A program made the position numbers and the translations under genes. DNA of 64,000 bases from a bacterium. GTDB taxonomy: Bacteria; Patescibacteriota; Minisyncoccia; UBA6257; WO2-44-18. The stretch lies in assembly GCA_030689595.1 (NCBI GenBank), contig JAUYHP010000031.1, positions 22,666 through 86,665 of the forward strand. Reading direction: 5' to 3'. The notes under the pieces were generated by a model. The model worked only from the letters and a program-made list of their open reading frames with translations. It did not search any database and was not told the origin of the DNA. Positions 38,846-48,755 of this stretch are shown piece after piece (within the stretch, counting starts at the first letter, position 1; every line of letters begins with the position of its first letter).

Positions 38846-40105
38846 GTGGCCCCCAGAAAAGCAAGGCCTGTATACATTGAGCCGGCGACTACAACGCCGA
38901 CCACAACGCCGACAATATTACCTGCGATGACTCCACCTGCACAACCACCGGTCAGCACCAGCACTCTATCAGTAATGTTGGATCCAAGCAGCCCAAGCCG
39001 GAGATTAGTAAACGCCAATACTACTGGCAACATCTTAACCAGATTAAGGTTTGACGCTGACGGCGAAGCCATTAATGTTACTCAGCTAGGTCTTCAATTA
39101 AGCTACACTAATTTAAATTCCCCTGTAGATTTGGCTCGAGTAACGCTGTGGGCCGACGATAGTGGGACACTAGTTGGCGAAGTAATATTTACCAGCGACT
39201 ATGCCACTGCCACCATATCCGGCTTCACCGTGCCATCTGACAGCTACCGCATAATGGCAATAAAAGGCGACATTGCAGCTATCGGTACTGCCGATCCGGC
39301 TCGCCCAGGACATTTAGTTGCCGTAGATTACGATGCAGCTGCTGGCGATTCATCTGGTAATTCCACGCGCGGCATTGCAGCTTCTGGCCTCCCCGTTTAC
39401 GCAATTCCGATTGGCAACGCCAATGACACCAGATCAAGCGGCGTTAGAATTTTTAAATCTATACCCACATTAGCCAGATTGTCCGTCCCCAGTCTAGGCC
39501 TAGTTAACGGCTCTGACAGGATTTTGTATAGATTTTCTGTCACCGCTCCATCAACCGGCTCGGTGGGGTTGTATAAGTTTACCTTCGGTATCTCTACCAC
39601 AACTTCCGGCGTTACGAGTTACGTAGTTAATGCCTTTTCTGTCCATGGCTATAGCGATTCTGCATTCTCGCAAGCCGCTTATGGCAACAACGGCAGGCTA
39701 AACAGTGCTACTGCTGGCTACAACGTTGCGGTCCAAGATGGCCAAAATAGCGTTGTTGAAATATATTTTGATCCAATAACGCAGTCTGGCACCAATGAAG
39801 CCATTCAAGTCCCCGCTGGCCAGACCCGTTATTTCGAATTGATGGGAACCATTGCTAATTCAAGCGCAACCTCGTCTACTCTGACAGTGGATTTAAGAGG
39901 CGATGAAATATATAACGTGCGTGATACTGGCGAAACAACATCCGCAGCAAGCTTTTTTAGTAGTATATACAGCATACACAACGACTTCATCTGGTCGGGA
40001 AATTCAACCACAACTTCCAGCGTAGCCCACCCTGACTGGGCCAACGGCGCCAATGTATCCGACTTACCTGGTGCATATATGGCCCCAAACATATTTACTC
40101 CATAA
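38846..40105 (+). CDS. Thr/Pro-rich hypothetical surface protein
   Basis: TTTPTTTPTILPAMTPPAQPP linker then a Ser/Thr/Gly-rich beta-type domain. Confidence 0.45.
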   Translation: MAPRKARPVYIEPATTTPTTTPTILPAMTPPAQPPVSTSTLSVMLDPSSPSRRLVNANTTGNILTRLRFDADGEAINVTQLGLQLSYTNLNSPVDLARVTLWADDSGTLVGEVIFTSDYATATISGFTVPSDSYRIMAIKGDIAAIGTADPARPGHLVAVDYDAAAGDSSGNSTRGIAASGLPVYAIPIGNANDTRSSGVRIFKSIPTLARLSVPSLGLVNGSDRILYRFSVTAPSTGSVGLYKFTFGISTTTSGVTSYVVNAFSVHGYSDSAFSQAAYGNNGRLNSATAGYNVAVQDGQNSVVEIYFDPITQSGTNEAIQVPAGQTRYFELMGTIANSSATSSTLTVDLRGDEIYNVRDTGETTSAASFFSSIYSIHNDFIWSGNSTTTSSVAHPDWANGANVSDLPGAYMAPNIFTP

Positions 40106-40111
40106 GCCAAA

Positions 40112-40585
40112 ATGGCACAACAAATTCCCATAAAAGATTTTATGACCAAAAATGTACTCGTGGTACATCCCGAAACGCCATTACTTGATGCGGCGAAAAT
40201 TATTATCGACCACAGCTTTAATGGCTTACCGGTAGTTGATAAAAATAACGAAGTTGTCGGTATTCTGACCCAATATGATTTGGTTGGTAAGGGCTCGATA
40301 TTACATCTACCGACACTGCAATATATAGCCAAAAATCTGCAACCAGCAGAACAAAGTCAATTCAAAGCCGAGGGCGATAAAATATCTGACCTAACGGTCG
40401 GAGATGTAATGCGCCGAGAACATCTAACCCTAAACGAAAATGATTCCATGGAAACGGCAATAGAGCTTTTCGCTAATAATCATATAAACCCCGTACCTGT
40501 GATAGACGCTGGCGGCAAGCTAGTCGGACTGATAAGCCGGTTTGATCTTATCAAGCCACTCATGACGTTGCATCCTGGTCAATAA
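40112..40585 (+). CDS. CBS-domain pair protein
   Basis: two CBS repeats (GLPVVD..., NPVPVID...). Confidence 0.7.
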   Translation: MAQQIPIKDFMTKNVLVVHPETPLLDAAKIIIDHSFNGLPVVDKNNEVVGILTQYDLVGKGSILHLPTLQYIAKNLQPAEQSQFKAEGDKISDLTVGDVMRREHLTLNENDSMETAIELFANNHINPVPVIDAGGKLVGLISRFDLIKPLMTLHPGQ

Positions 40586-41879
40586 ATCTTTTTTGGCGCA
40601 CTTGACGATGATAGCGGATAACAAAGTTATGTGTGTAATAAATCGCTTTTTCTATTAAGCGCTGAAATTCTAATGGCAGCTCCACCAACGGAGTCGGCTC
40701 ATCGTTTTTCTTCAGACCATAAACCCACTTGTTTGGCTTAGCAAAAGAAATCAATCTTGGACGACTAGTCGGCGGCAATTGGCTTAACGCTAATCTAGCA
40801 GCGCGGAACTGCGTCAGGCCGCCATCAATAATGATTAAATCTGGATAAGGCCATTCAGCGTGTTTTAGGCGACGGGACAGCACTTCGCCGATCATGCGCG
40901 GATCATCTCGTTGCGGTGTAAATTTTATTTTAAATTTTCGGTAACCACTTTTATCAGGAACCCAAGTGGATCCATCGTGCTGTAATACAGTTAGAGCTCC
41001 AACGGCTTCCTTACCAGCAAAATTAGAATTGTCATAACACTCAACTCTTTTGGGACTAAAGATGTCGTCGCCACGCTTCTTAGTGGTGGCCAAATATGGC
41101 TTATGTTCAATTATTTTCCCAAGTGCTGCTACTTCGCGACTATCTTTTAAGATTTTCAATAACTTTTTTGATCTACCGGTTAGAACAGCTTTTATGTCCC
41201 TGATATTCTTTTGATATTTCTTCAAATCATCACTGGCAATCTTGCTATCATCTTTCTGACAACAACTACCAAAGCACCTCCCCATTTGTGCGTTTAGACA
41301 ATCGCGCAGGTGCGATTGCTTGCAAGTGCAATATGGAATAAAGCGACGCAATAATTTCATAACTAGGCGCAGAGCGTTACCGTCAGTAAATGGCCCAATC
41401 AACTGGGATCTTATATGTTTCTTGCTAGGTTTGAGATTCCTATGCGTTATAAAAATTTTTGGAAACTTTTCATGGGCTTGCCCTGAACTTGCCTGTCTCG
41501 CCGTGGCGGTGGTCAAACGGGTGATAGCTACATATAAATAAGATTTATCGTCACGCCACAATACATTATATCTTGGCTTCAGCTTTTGAATTAATTTCGA
41601 TTCCTCAATCAAGGCCTCTATTTCGGATGTCAGCACAATATATTTTAATTTAGACGATTCCTCTTGTAATGATTGGGTTTTGGCATCTGTAATTTTTAAG
41701 TACGACTTCAATCGCTGGCGCAAATTATTTGCCTTACCAACATAAAGCACAGATCGCTTTGGGCCATAAAAAATATAGCAACCAGGCTCACGCGGAGCGT
41801 TTTTAATGGACTTGATTATGTTAGCCGCAAAAGAATCTGACATCGGCAAAATTATAAGATAAAGATTGACATTAATCAA
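40560..41879 (-). CDS. uvrC: UvrC-like excinuclease (GIY-YIG N-terminus, RNase-H-like endonuclease domain; short form)
   Basis: GCYIFYGPKRSVLYVGKANNLRQRLKSY GIY-YIG motif. Confidence 0.7.
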   Translation of the reverse strand: MINVNLYLIILPMSDSFAANIIKSIKNAPREPGCYIFYGPKRSVLYVGKANNLRQRLKSYLKITDAKTQSLQEESSKLKYIVLTSEIEALIEESKLIQKLKPRYNVLWRDDKSYLYVAITRLTTATARQASSGQAHEKFPKIFITHRNLKPSKKHIRSQLIGPFTDGNALRLVMKLLRRFIPYCTCKQSHLRDCLNAQMGRCFGSCCQKDDSKIASDDLKKYQKNIRDIKAVLTGRSKKLLKILKDSREVAALGKIIEHKPYLATTKKRGDDIFSPKRVECYDNSNFAGKEAVGALTVLQHDGSTWVPDKSGYRKFKIKFTPQRDDPRMIGEVLSRRLKHAEWPYPDLIIIDGGLTQFRAARLALSQLPPTSRPRLISFAKPNKWVYGLKKNDEPTPLVELPLEFQRLIEKAIYYTHNFVIRYHRQVRQKRFIDQDATS

Positions 41880-42060
41880 ATAATAAACCCCTCTGTAAAG
41901 TCGACCCCTTTTGTTGCCTAATCCTATATTAAGCAGTACAATGATATGGAATTGGAGGCCTGCCTACCGGCAGGTAGACGTGGCTGCCCGTCCGCCGAAG
42001 CCTTGTGCAAAGGCGGAAGTGGGTACCCGAAGCCACGCTCTATAAAGTTAATCCAAAATT

Positions 42061-42150
42061 GGAGGCGTGGCTGAGTGGCTGAAAGCAGCAACCTGCTAAG
42101 TTGTTAGGGGAGAAATCCTCTCGAAGGTTCGAATCCTTCCGCCTCCGCCA
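42061..42150 (+). tRNA. tRNA-Ser (anticodon GCU), type II, CCA encoded
   Basis: acceptor GGAGGCG/CGCCTCC, anticodon loop CTGCTAA, long variable arm, T-arm GAAGGTTCGAATCCTTC. Confidence 0.85.
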
Positions 42151-42267
42151 AGAATCACATTTCGAAAAATCAAGGTTGGAAATGGTGTGAATACAAACCC
42201 AACCATTGAAACACTAACTAAGATCGCCAAGGCGCTTGAAGTTGGTGTTGATGATTTAATAAAGTAA
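42151..42267 (+). pseudogene. N-terminally truncated XRE-family HTH gene remnant (...NPTIETLTKIAKALEVGVDDLIK*) abutting the tRNA-Ser 3' end
   Basis: in-frame reading back through the tRNA has no start codon; C-terminal HTH_3-like helix retained. Confidence 0.5.
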
Positions 42268-42272
42268 AAAAT

Positions 42273-43106
42273 ATGAATAACTACAAAGGTGACATTATAG
42301 AGGAATCTTTGGAAGACAGAGATGTTCTCAAAGGATTAAACATAATTTCAACAAGAGTTGAAAAAGTTACGGACGAACATAAAACGCCGTGGCTTTCGCA
42401 ATGGACATTGGACACAATCGAAGTTACTGAAAATGAGGCAGAAAGTTTAGCCGAAAAATTAAGCAAAGCACTTGACCCTGAACACGGCTGGTATATTGAT
42501 TATCGCAACGATCAGTATCATTTTGTAATTTTCAAAGACAAAGTTTTCAAGATAGACCGCAGTAAAAAATCTGACTACGACGGAATGATTAAATACGGCT
42601 TGTCTGTCGGCACGCCTGGTTATCAGTTACCAAATTTCTCAGATTTACCGATTGATGTTTTAGACGCTTTTTTGAGAGAAGCGAATCTGAACACTTACGC
42701 CAATGAAAATGTCAAAAAAGCATCTCCGCTACGCCCCGGCTCAAGCGACTATCATTTTGAAAAAGGCGACTTAACTTATCACGACACTTATTTTGGCGCC
42801 ACTAAATTTATTGGCGAGGAAATCGTTTACAAAAACGGCAATCCTGCTTGGGGTATGAATTACTACGGCTTTACAGTTAGCAACGAGATCAGCGAAGGTT
42901 TGTTTGATGCGATTTTGCGTCCCGCTCTCATGTCCGGCTCTGGCGATAATATCCCAGTTCGAGGACCGAAAGAATTTATAAATGGCGAATGGAAATATAC
43001 TTTTAATACCGATGGCGATTTGGAAAACTTTACAGGCATCGAGGAAATTTCTAAAAACGGTAAAGTGGTTTGTCGGTTGCATTGTCACGGCGGATTTATT
43101 GAATGA
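42273..43106 (+). CDS. hypothetical protein (277 aa)
   Basis: ORF with 4-nt ATGA overlap to the next gene. Confidence 0.5.
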   Translation: MNNYKGDIIEESLEDRDVLKGLNIISTRVEKVTDEHKTPWLSQWTLDTIEVTENEAESLAEKLSKALDPEHGWYIDYRNDQYHFVIFKDKVFKIDRSKKSDYDGMIKYGLSVGTPGYQLPNFSDLPIDVLDAFLREANLNTYANENVKKASPLRPGSSDYHFEKGDLTYHDTYFGATKFIGEEIVYKNGNPAWGMNYYGFTVSNEISEGLFDAILRPALMSGSGDNIPVRGPKEFINGEWKYTFNTDGDLENFTGIEEISKNGKVVCRLHCHGGFIE

Positions 43107-44089
43107 AAATGAAAAAAGCAATCAAACTTAAACTACAAAAAACCATAAAAGTTAAGCCAACAAAACCATTTGCCTTTGACCCAACTTTTCACAAACCAGA
43201 TCATTTTACTTCGGGTGATAACTATTGGGAACAAGGTATTCGTTGGCAAACCTGGAATTGGCAAGGTAAACCGCTTGGCATTAAATTTTCAAATATAGGA
43301 ACGCTCGAAAATCCACTCGTAGAAATAAAAGTTTATGCCAAAGACAAGTTAGCAAACGATTTTGTTGACTCGCTTATTGAAGAAATAAAGTATCTCTATA
43401 ATTTTAATCTTGATTTGAGTGATTTCTATAGTACTTTCAAGAAAGATGATTTTCTTAGTCCGATTTTGAAAAAATGGCGCGGTATGCGTCCCGGACATCC
43501 AAGCTGTTTGTATGAATATCTGATAATTGGAATGGTTTTGCAAAATGCTTCTGTCCGACGATCTGTTCAAATGTTCAAAGCTCTTTTAGAAAATTACGGA
43601 ACTTTACTTGAATTTGACAGCAAAAAATTATGGTGTTTTTGGAGTTCGGGAAAACTTCAAAAAGTAAGTGAGGATGATTTGCGGGCCTTGAAAGTCGGTT
43701 ATCGGGCAAAGTCAATCAAAAAACTTGATGATTATTTTTTGCAGGGGTTGATTAACGAAAAAGAGTTACGAGCCAAAGATAGAGAAACGCAAATGACTGA
43801 ATTGTTGAAACTTTATGGCGTTGGGCCCGCAACTGTTTGGTATCTACTTTTTGATGTTTTCCACCATTGGGATTTTTTCAATCATGTTTCGCCGTGGGAA
43901 CAGAAGATTTATTCAAAATTATTTTTTGATCGTGAGCCAGAAAATCCTGTACCCGTCGAAAAATTACTAAAACATTTTGAAAAATTTGGAAAATATAAAC
44001 AGCTTGCCGTTCATTATATTTGGGAAGATTTATTTTGGAAACGAAAGAACGAAAAAATCTCATGGTTAGAAAAGGAAATCCGACTTTGA
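43103..44089 (+). CDS. HhH-GPD superfamily DNA glycosylase (AlkA/Ogg-like)
   Basis: helix-hairpin-helix LKLYGVGPATVWYLLFDVF followed by a GPD-type region. Confidence 0.5.
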   Translation: MKMKKAIKLKLQKTIKVKPTKPFAFDPTFHKPDHFTSGDNYWEQGIRWQTWNWQGKPLGIKFSNIGTLENPLVEIKVYAKDKLANDFVDSLIEEIKYLYNFNLDLSDFYSTFKKDDFLSPILKKWRGMRPGHPSCLYEYLIIGMVLQNASVRRSVQMFKALLENYGTLLEFDSKKLWCFWSSGKLQKVSEDDLRALKVGYRAKSIKKLDDYFLQGLINEKELRAKDRETQMTELLKLYGVGPATVWYLLFDVFHHWDFFNHVSPWEQKIYSKLFFDREPENPVPVEKLLKHFEKFGKYKQLAVHYIWEDLFWKRKNEKISWLEKEIRL

Positions 44090-44278
44090 TTTTTTGACAT
44101 TTTTTGCTAAATTAAAGATGTAAAAAGGTGGCGTGCCAGTTTTCAACTGGCACGAAATTCGGAAGCGAAAAAGGAAAGGTTCAAAAACCCGCCCGCATTC
44201 CTCCCCAAACCCCTCCTGCGGGCGGGAAGAAAGCTCTGTGGTTTAGGTTTAGACCAAGCCCATCAACTCCTTAACGCA

Positions 44279-44311
44279 CTCCGCTAGTCATCAACTAGCG
44301 GAGTTTTTTAT
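44279..44311 (+). terminator. rho-independent terminator
   Basis: CTCCGCTAG-TCATCAA-CTAGCGGAG + TTTTTTATTT. Confidence 0.65.
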
Positions 44312-45451
44312 TTACAAACTGATTTGGTAGCGTCGGCGATGACGAATATAAGAGATTAGAGCTGTTACGGCCAAGATAATCGTAACCCACGCCAATGGGA
44401 CATAGAGTCCGATAATCTCCCAGATACTAATCCATTTCAAAGTTATGGTGCCATTAACCGTAGCTACATTATCAAGCAAGTTTTGATCCTGCTGGTAGGT
44501 TTGCTCCAAATTATTTTCGGTATTGCGCATACGATTGTCTAAAAAATTGAGCTTCCGGGCATGTACAGCATTAACATCGGTCAAGAAAGTAGTTAACACG
44601 CCTTGCTCGTCAGAAAGTTCTAATATTCTAGCCTCTATCTCCGATATTCTTTCGGAGTCGTCGGTCTGCTCGGACCTCAAAGCCATGAGCTCGACTTCAA
44701 TAGAGTCCAATCGTGAACGCACAGGATAAACCGCACGATTATAATCAGTGACAAGCTTTTTACGATCAGATTTTAGGTCGCTTAGTGTTTGATTAAGATA
44801 CCCCTGCTGCTTTTCAATGGATTGCTTTTGCGGCAAAAGATTGGTCGCGTTAATATTAGTAGTTATAAATTTTGAACCAACCAGGCTCTCAATCTCTAAA
44901 CGGAACAACTCAAATTCACTAGCCGGCACGATAAAACTCACAAAGCCATATTCGGGAGAAATACTAGCTCGATCTAGCCGACCACCAAAACCTCGAACAG
45001 TCGTTTCTACGCGTCGAGTAAGCTCATCAACGCTACGCGTGCGCAGAACGGCATTATAATCAGTTTTAAGAAATTCGCGTGTATCAGTAATTGAAGCTTC
45101 TGACATGGGCCTAACCATTAATGGCGACGGCTCGTCTACAAATCCCTCTAGTCCCTCTGACACCGCATCAGCATTGCTATGATAATCTCCGCCACTATTA
45201 CTAAACGACTGAATTCCTGGCAACACATTAATATTTGACGAACCAAAATGAATTAGTAGGGTGAATACCGCTAAACCGGACAGAGCTAGAGATAACCATG
45301 GCCGGTTGCGACCGGGGCCCGTGGCCACTGACGCAGTCGGCTCAACGCCGGCTAATAAACTTTGCTTTAATGTCTCGCTCTCGTTAGGCAAACGACGCTC
45401 TTGGCGCCCCCAACTAGTTAATATTTGATGAATAGTATATTTATTTTTCAT
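44312..45451 (-). CDS. anti-sigma-factor-like membrane protein with DUF4349-type coiled-coil domain
   Basis: immediately downstream of and overlapping the ECF sigma gene; central and C-terminal TM helices. Confidence 0.45.
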   Translation of the reverse strand: MKNKYTIHQILTSWGRQERRLPNESETLKQSLLAGVEPTASVATGPGRNRPWLSLALSGLAVFTLLIHFGSSNINVLPGIQSFSNSGGDYHSNADAVSEGLEGFVDEPSPLMVRPMSEASITDTREFLKTDYNAVLRTRSVDELTRRVETTVRGFGGRLDRASISPEYGFVSFIVPASEFELFRLEIESLVGSKFITTNINATNLLPQKQSIEKQQGYLNQTLSDLKSDRKKLVTDYNRAVYPVRSRLDSIEVELMALRSEQTDDSERISEIEARILELSDEQGVLTTFLTDVNAVHARKLNFLDNRMRNTENNLEQTYQQDQNLLDNVATVNGTITLKWISIWEIIGLYVPLAWVTIILAVTALISYIRHRRRYQISL

Positions 45452-45986
45452 AGTTTTTATTATTATTTGATATTAGAATATCGCGCACGTTAGCTATGGC
45501 TCGATGGATACGCACACGCACAGTTACGAAATTAAGTTCAAGTAAGTTGGCGATGTCCTTAACGGGTAGATCCGCTATATAACGAAGCCGCAACAATTCA
45601 CGATCGTCTTCCGAAAGCGAAGCCAGAATCTGGTCGGTCAAAATCTTGTTTTCTATTTTAGAACCGCCGACATCAGGAACATCATGCTCTTCGATGTCGA
45701 AGGCCGTTTCTCGACCGGTCTTCCGCCAATGTTCACTACATTCATTGCGAGCAATCGCAAACAACCAAGCACCAATGCTAACGCCGCGACTCTCAAAACG
45801 CGGCAGGGCATCAACGGCTTTAAGCCAAGTAGCCTGCAAAACATCCTCAGCCAAAGCACGATTACGCACCGTGTTCATGAGATAGCCGAAAAGCTTCGGA
45901 GTAAACATGTCCCATAAAGTGCCAACGGCTTCCCGATCACCGCCTTGAGCCCTTAGAACAATTGATTTTTCGTTATTAGAAATCAT
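45441..45986 (-). CDS. ECF-type RNA polymerase sigma factor (sigma-70 regions 2 and 4)
   Basis: region 2 (FTPKLFGYLMNTVRNRALAEDVLQATWLKA) and region 4 HTH (LPVKDIANLLELNFVTVRVRIHRA). Confidence 0.8.
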   Translation of the reverse strand: MISNNEKSIVLRAQGGDREAVGTLWDMFTPKLFGYLMNTVRNRALAEDVLQATWLKAVDALPRFESRGVSIGAWLFAIARNECSEHWRKTGRETAFDIEEHDVPDVGGSKIENKILTDQILASLSEDDRELLRLRYIADLPVKDIANLLELNFVTVRVRIHRAIANVRDILISNNNKNYEK

Positions 45987-46097
45987 AATGTTATGTATTC
46001 AATGGCCATCATAAGGACAATGCAGCAGCCTGTCAAAATGTTACAATGAGATTAATGTGGCTGGAAAAATCACTTATGGCAATATACTATATGACGC

Positions 46098-47678
46098 ATG
46101 GAACATATGGCAAAGAAAAGTGAAACAGAATTAGCGTTTCTAGAAGCTGTTGAAGCTGGAATAGAACAGACTCCTGAAATAAAGGAAGTGGCTGATAAAT
46201 TAACTGCCGCTGGTTTTGAGCCATATTTAGTTGGTGGCTGTTTGCGCGATCTTGTTATTGGCGCCATGAGTGGTGTGGGGGCGAAACCTAAAGACTGGGA
46301 TATAACCACCAATGCTAAACCCGAAGAAATATTAAAAATATTTCCCGATAGCGTTTATGAAAATCAATTTGGCACAGTCGGCGTTAAAACCGGATCGGAC
46401 GATCCAACTTTGGCTTTGGTGGAAGTAACAACCTTTCGTCTGGAAGGTAAATATACCGATAAGCGCCACCCCGATGAAATAACTTTTGCTGAAACTGTTG
46501 AAGAAGATTTGTCGCGGCGTGATTTTACTATCAACGCCATGGCCTATGAAATATCTACTGGCCAAAGACGAGCTAAGGGACTGATAGATCCTTTCGGTGG
46601 TAAAGAAGATTTGGAAAAAGGCATTATAAGATCGGTTGGCAATGCCGCCGAGCGTTTTGAAGAAGATGCTTTGCGTTTGATGCGCGCCATAAGGTTTGCC
46701 GCTAGATTTGGTTTTGACATAGAAGATCAGACTTCTGCTGCCATCAAAGAAAAGGCTGGTTTGTTAGAATTTATAGCCAAAGAGCGAATCGCTGATGAAT
46801 TTAATAAAATTTTGATGACTGACAACGCCGCAGAAGCCATCCGCCGCATGGAAGAACTTGGTCTACTCAAATATGTTTTACCAGAATTATGCGAAGGCGT
46901 AGATATGGAACAAAATAAGCATCACAAATTTAGCGTCTTTGAACATAATGTGCGTGCCTTAGAATATGCCACCGATCAGAAATTCCCATTGACCTTACGC
47001 CTGGCTTCGTTACTTCATGATGTTGGCAAGCCTCGATCACGCCAATGGCGAGATGACCCACGTGGAGAGAAAACTCAAGATGGCAAAAAGGGGGATTGGA
47101 CTTTTTATCAACATCAATACATCGGCGAACGCATAGTTGCACAAACTTTGGGTAGATTAAAATATCCTCGCAAAATGATTGAAGATATAGCCCTGTTGGT
47201 GCGCGAGCATATGTTTGTTTACGATCCAGAAATGGTGACGCCGCGTGGTGTGAGGCGATTAGTAAGCCGCGTCGGCTCTGACAATGTCGATGACTTGTTG
47301 CGCCTAAGAGAAGCGGATCGCATCGGCTCCGGAGTTCCTAAGGCCCAGCCATATCGCCTGCGCGCTCTGAAGGCAGAAATCGAAAAAGCCAAGCAAGAAC
47401 CAATACATCCCAAAATGTTAGCAATCAAAGGCGGAGATGTGATAGAAGCGCTAGCTATTGAACCCGGACCGAAAGTCGGTCAAATACTGGCCATATTGCT
47501 TGACGCTGTTTTAGACAATCCTGATTTAAACGACAAAAAATCCTTGCTGACTGAAATCAAAAAACTAGGTACGCTAGCCGATGATGAATTAAAGAGGTTA
47601 GCTGACACGTCCAAACAAAAAGCTCGTGAGGTCCAGGAACGTATTGATAAAGAGATTGAAAAGCAGTATTTTGTATAA
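46098..47678 (+). CDS. cca: CCA-adding tRNA nucleotidyltransferase (Pol-beta head domain + C-terminal HD domain)
   Basis: GGCLRD and RDFTINA head motifs; HD motif LLHDVGK. Confidence 0.8.
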   Translation: MEHMAKKSETELAFLEAVEAGIEQTPEIKEVADKLTAAGFEPYLVGGCLRDLVIGAMSGVGAKPKDWDITTNAKPEEILKIFPDSVYENQFGTVGVKTGSDDPTLALVEVTTFRLEGKYTDKRHPDEITFAETVEEDLSRRDFTINAMAYEISTGQRRAKGLIDPFGGKEDLEKGIIRSVGNAAERFEEDALRLMRAIRFAARFGFDIEDQTSAAIKEKAGLLEFIAKERIADEFNKILMTDNAAEAIRRMEELGLLKYVLPELCEGVDMEQNKHHKFSVFEHNVRALEYATDQKFPLTLRLASLLHDVGKPRSRQWRDDPRGEKTQDGKKGDWTFYQHQYIGERIVAQTLGRLKYPRKMIEDIALLVREHMFVYDPEMVTPRGVRRLVSRVGSDNVDDLLRLREADRIGSGVPKAQPYRLRALKAEIEKAKQEPIHPKMLAIKGGDVIEALAIEPGPKVGQILAILLDAVLDNPDLNDKKSLLTEIKKLGTLADDELKRLADTSKQKAREVQERIDKEIEKQYFV

Positions 47679-47680
47679 GC

Positions 47681-47754
47681 CGGAGCGTAGTATAGTGGTA
47701 GTACGCGGGCTTCGGGAGTCCGTAGTCCGAGTTCGATTCTCGGCGCTCCGACCA
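47681..47754 (+). tRNA. tRNA-Pro (anticodon CGG), C1:G72 pair, CCA encoded
   Basis: acceptor CGGAGCG/CGCTCCG, anticodon loop TTCGGGA, T-arm CCGAGTTCGATTCTCGG; starts 3 nt after the cca stop. Confidence 0.75.
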
Positions 47755-47792
47755 ATTCAGACATTGAGCTCTAAGTAAATTATTGTACGTAT

Positions 47793-48755
47793 ATGCGACA
47801 ACAAGGTTTTTCTAATATAGCGTTGATAACTGCAATAGTCGTTGTTGCCGGCGTGTTAGGATATCTGATATTAATTCAGAGGAATTCTGAAACTGTTCCC
47901 GCACAAGAAGCCACATCTACGCCACCAGTACAAGCTCCGATAATTGATCCGACGCCTCCGATCACAGAGCCAGATCCGATTGAGCCGACGCCACCAACAA
48001 CGCAACCGGAGCGGCTCGTTTATGAATTTTATCAGGGATATCTTAAAGTAGTTAATTGTACAGAAGAGGGCTGCTGGGAAAAGAGTAACGAATACTTGCG
48101 TCTTCATAATGATTTAACAGAAAGTTATAAAGATTTACTTTTGAATGAAGCAAGAGATTTTCATGTCGATCCAATATTATGGGCGCAGGATATTCCGCCA
48201 ATAGATAATCTACAAGTTGAAGAAGCCAAGATAATTAACGGGGACGTTTCTGTCGATGTTACATTTCTTCCGATGTGGGCGGAGCATAAAGTTCGGGTTT
48301 CTTTGCGGTTAGTAAATGACGAGTGGAAAATCACAGATATCAGAGATATGCGTGGGAGAGTTGGAGATATAGAATTTGAAACGGTAGTATTAGCCGCTGG
48401 CAATGGTAGCTATAATGATAAAAAAAATTACGTCATTACTAATGACGACGACTGGGAAAACCTTGGGCAAACAGCCGAAATAGATTTTAACAGTGATATT
48501 GTTATTGCTGCCTTTCAGGGTGAGAAGGCTAGTAGCGGATATGCAATTGAAATCAAAGAGATATTAGTCACTACAGAAAATACCGTGGAAGTCTGGGTCT
48601 TAGAAATTATCCCCGGGCCAACTTGCATAACAGCAAGCGTAATTACCTCGCCATACCATATTGTCAAAATACCGAAAACCAATAAGGAAATCGTATTCGA
48701 TATGTGGGAGTTTGTAACAGATTGTGGCGGACCACCATCAGAACCACCTCAATAA
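47793..48755 (+). CDS. hypothetical secreted protein with Pro/Thr-rich linker
   Basis: signal-anchor IALITAIVVVAGVLGYLILI then a PTPP-repeat linker. Confidence 0.5.
   Translation: MRQQGFSNIALITAIVVVAGVLGYLILIQRNSETVPAQEATSTPPVQAPIIDPTPPITEPDPIEPTPPTTQPERLVYEFYQGYLKVVNCTEEGCWEKSNEYLRLHNDLTESYKDLLLNEARDFHVDPILWAQDIPPIDNLQVEEAKIINGDVSVDVTFLPMWAEHKVRVSLRLVNDEWKITDIRDMRGRVGDIEFETVVLAAGNGSYNDKKNYVITNDDDWENLGQTAEIDFNSDIVIAAFQGEKASSGYAIEIKEILVTTENTVEVWVLEIIPGPTCITASVITSPYHIVKIPKTNKEIVFDMWEFVTDCGGPPSEPPQ

Noticed and set aside
44100-44320. Direct repeat of the tRNA-Ser 3' end marking the distal border of the islet
   Set aside because: Only weak matches (CATTCCTCCCC) were found by eye. These are not convincing without a computational search.
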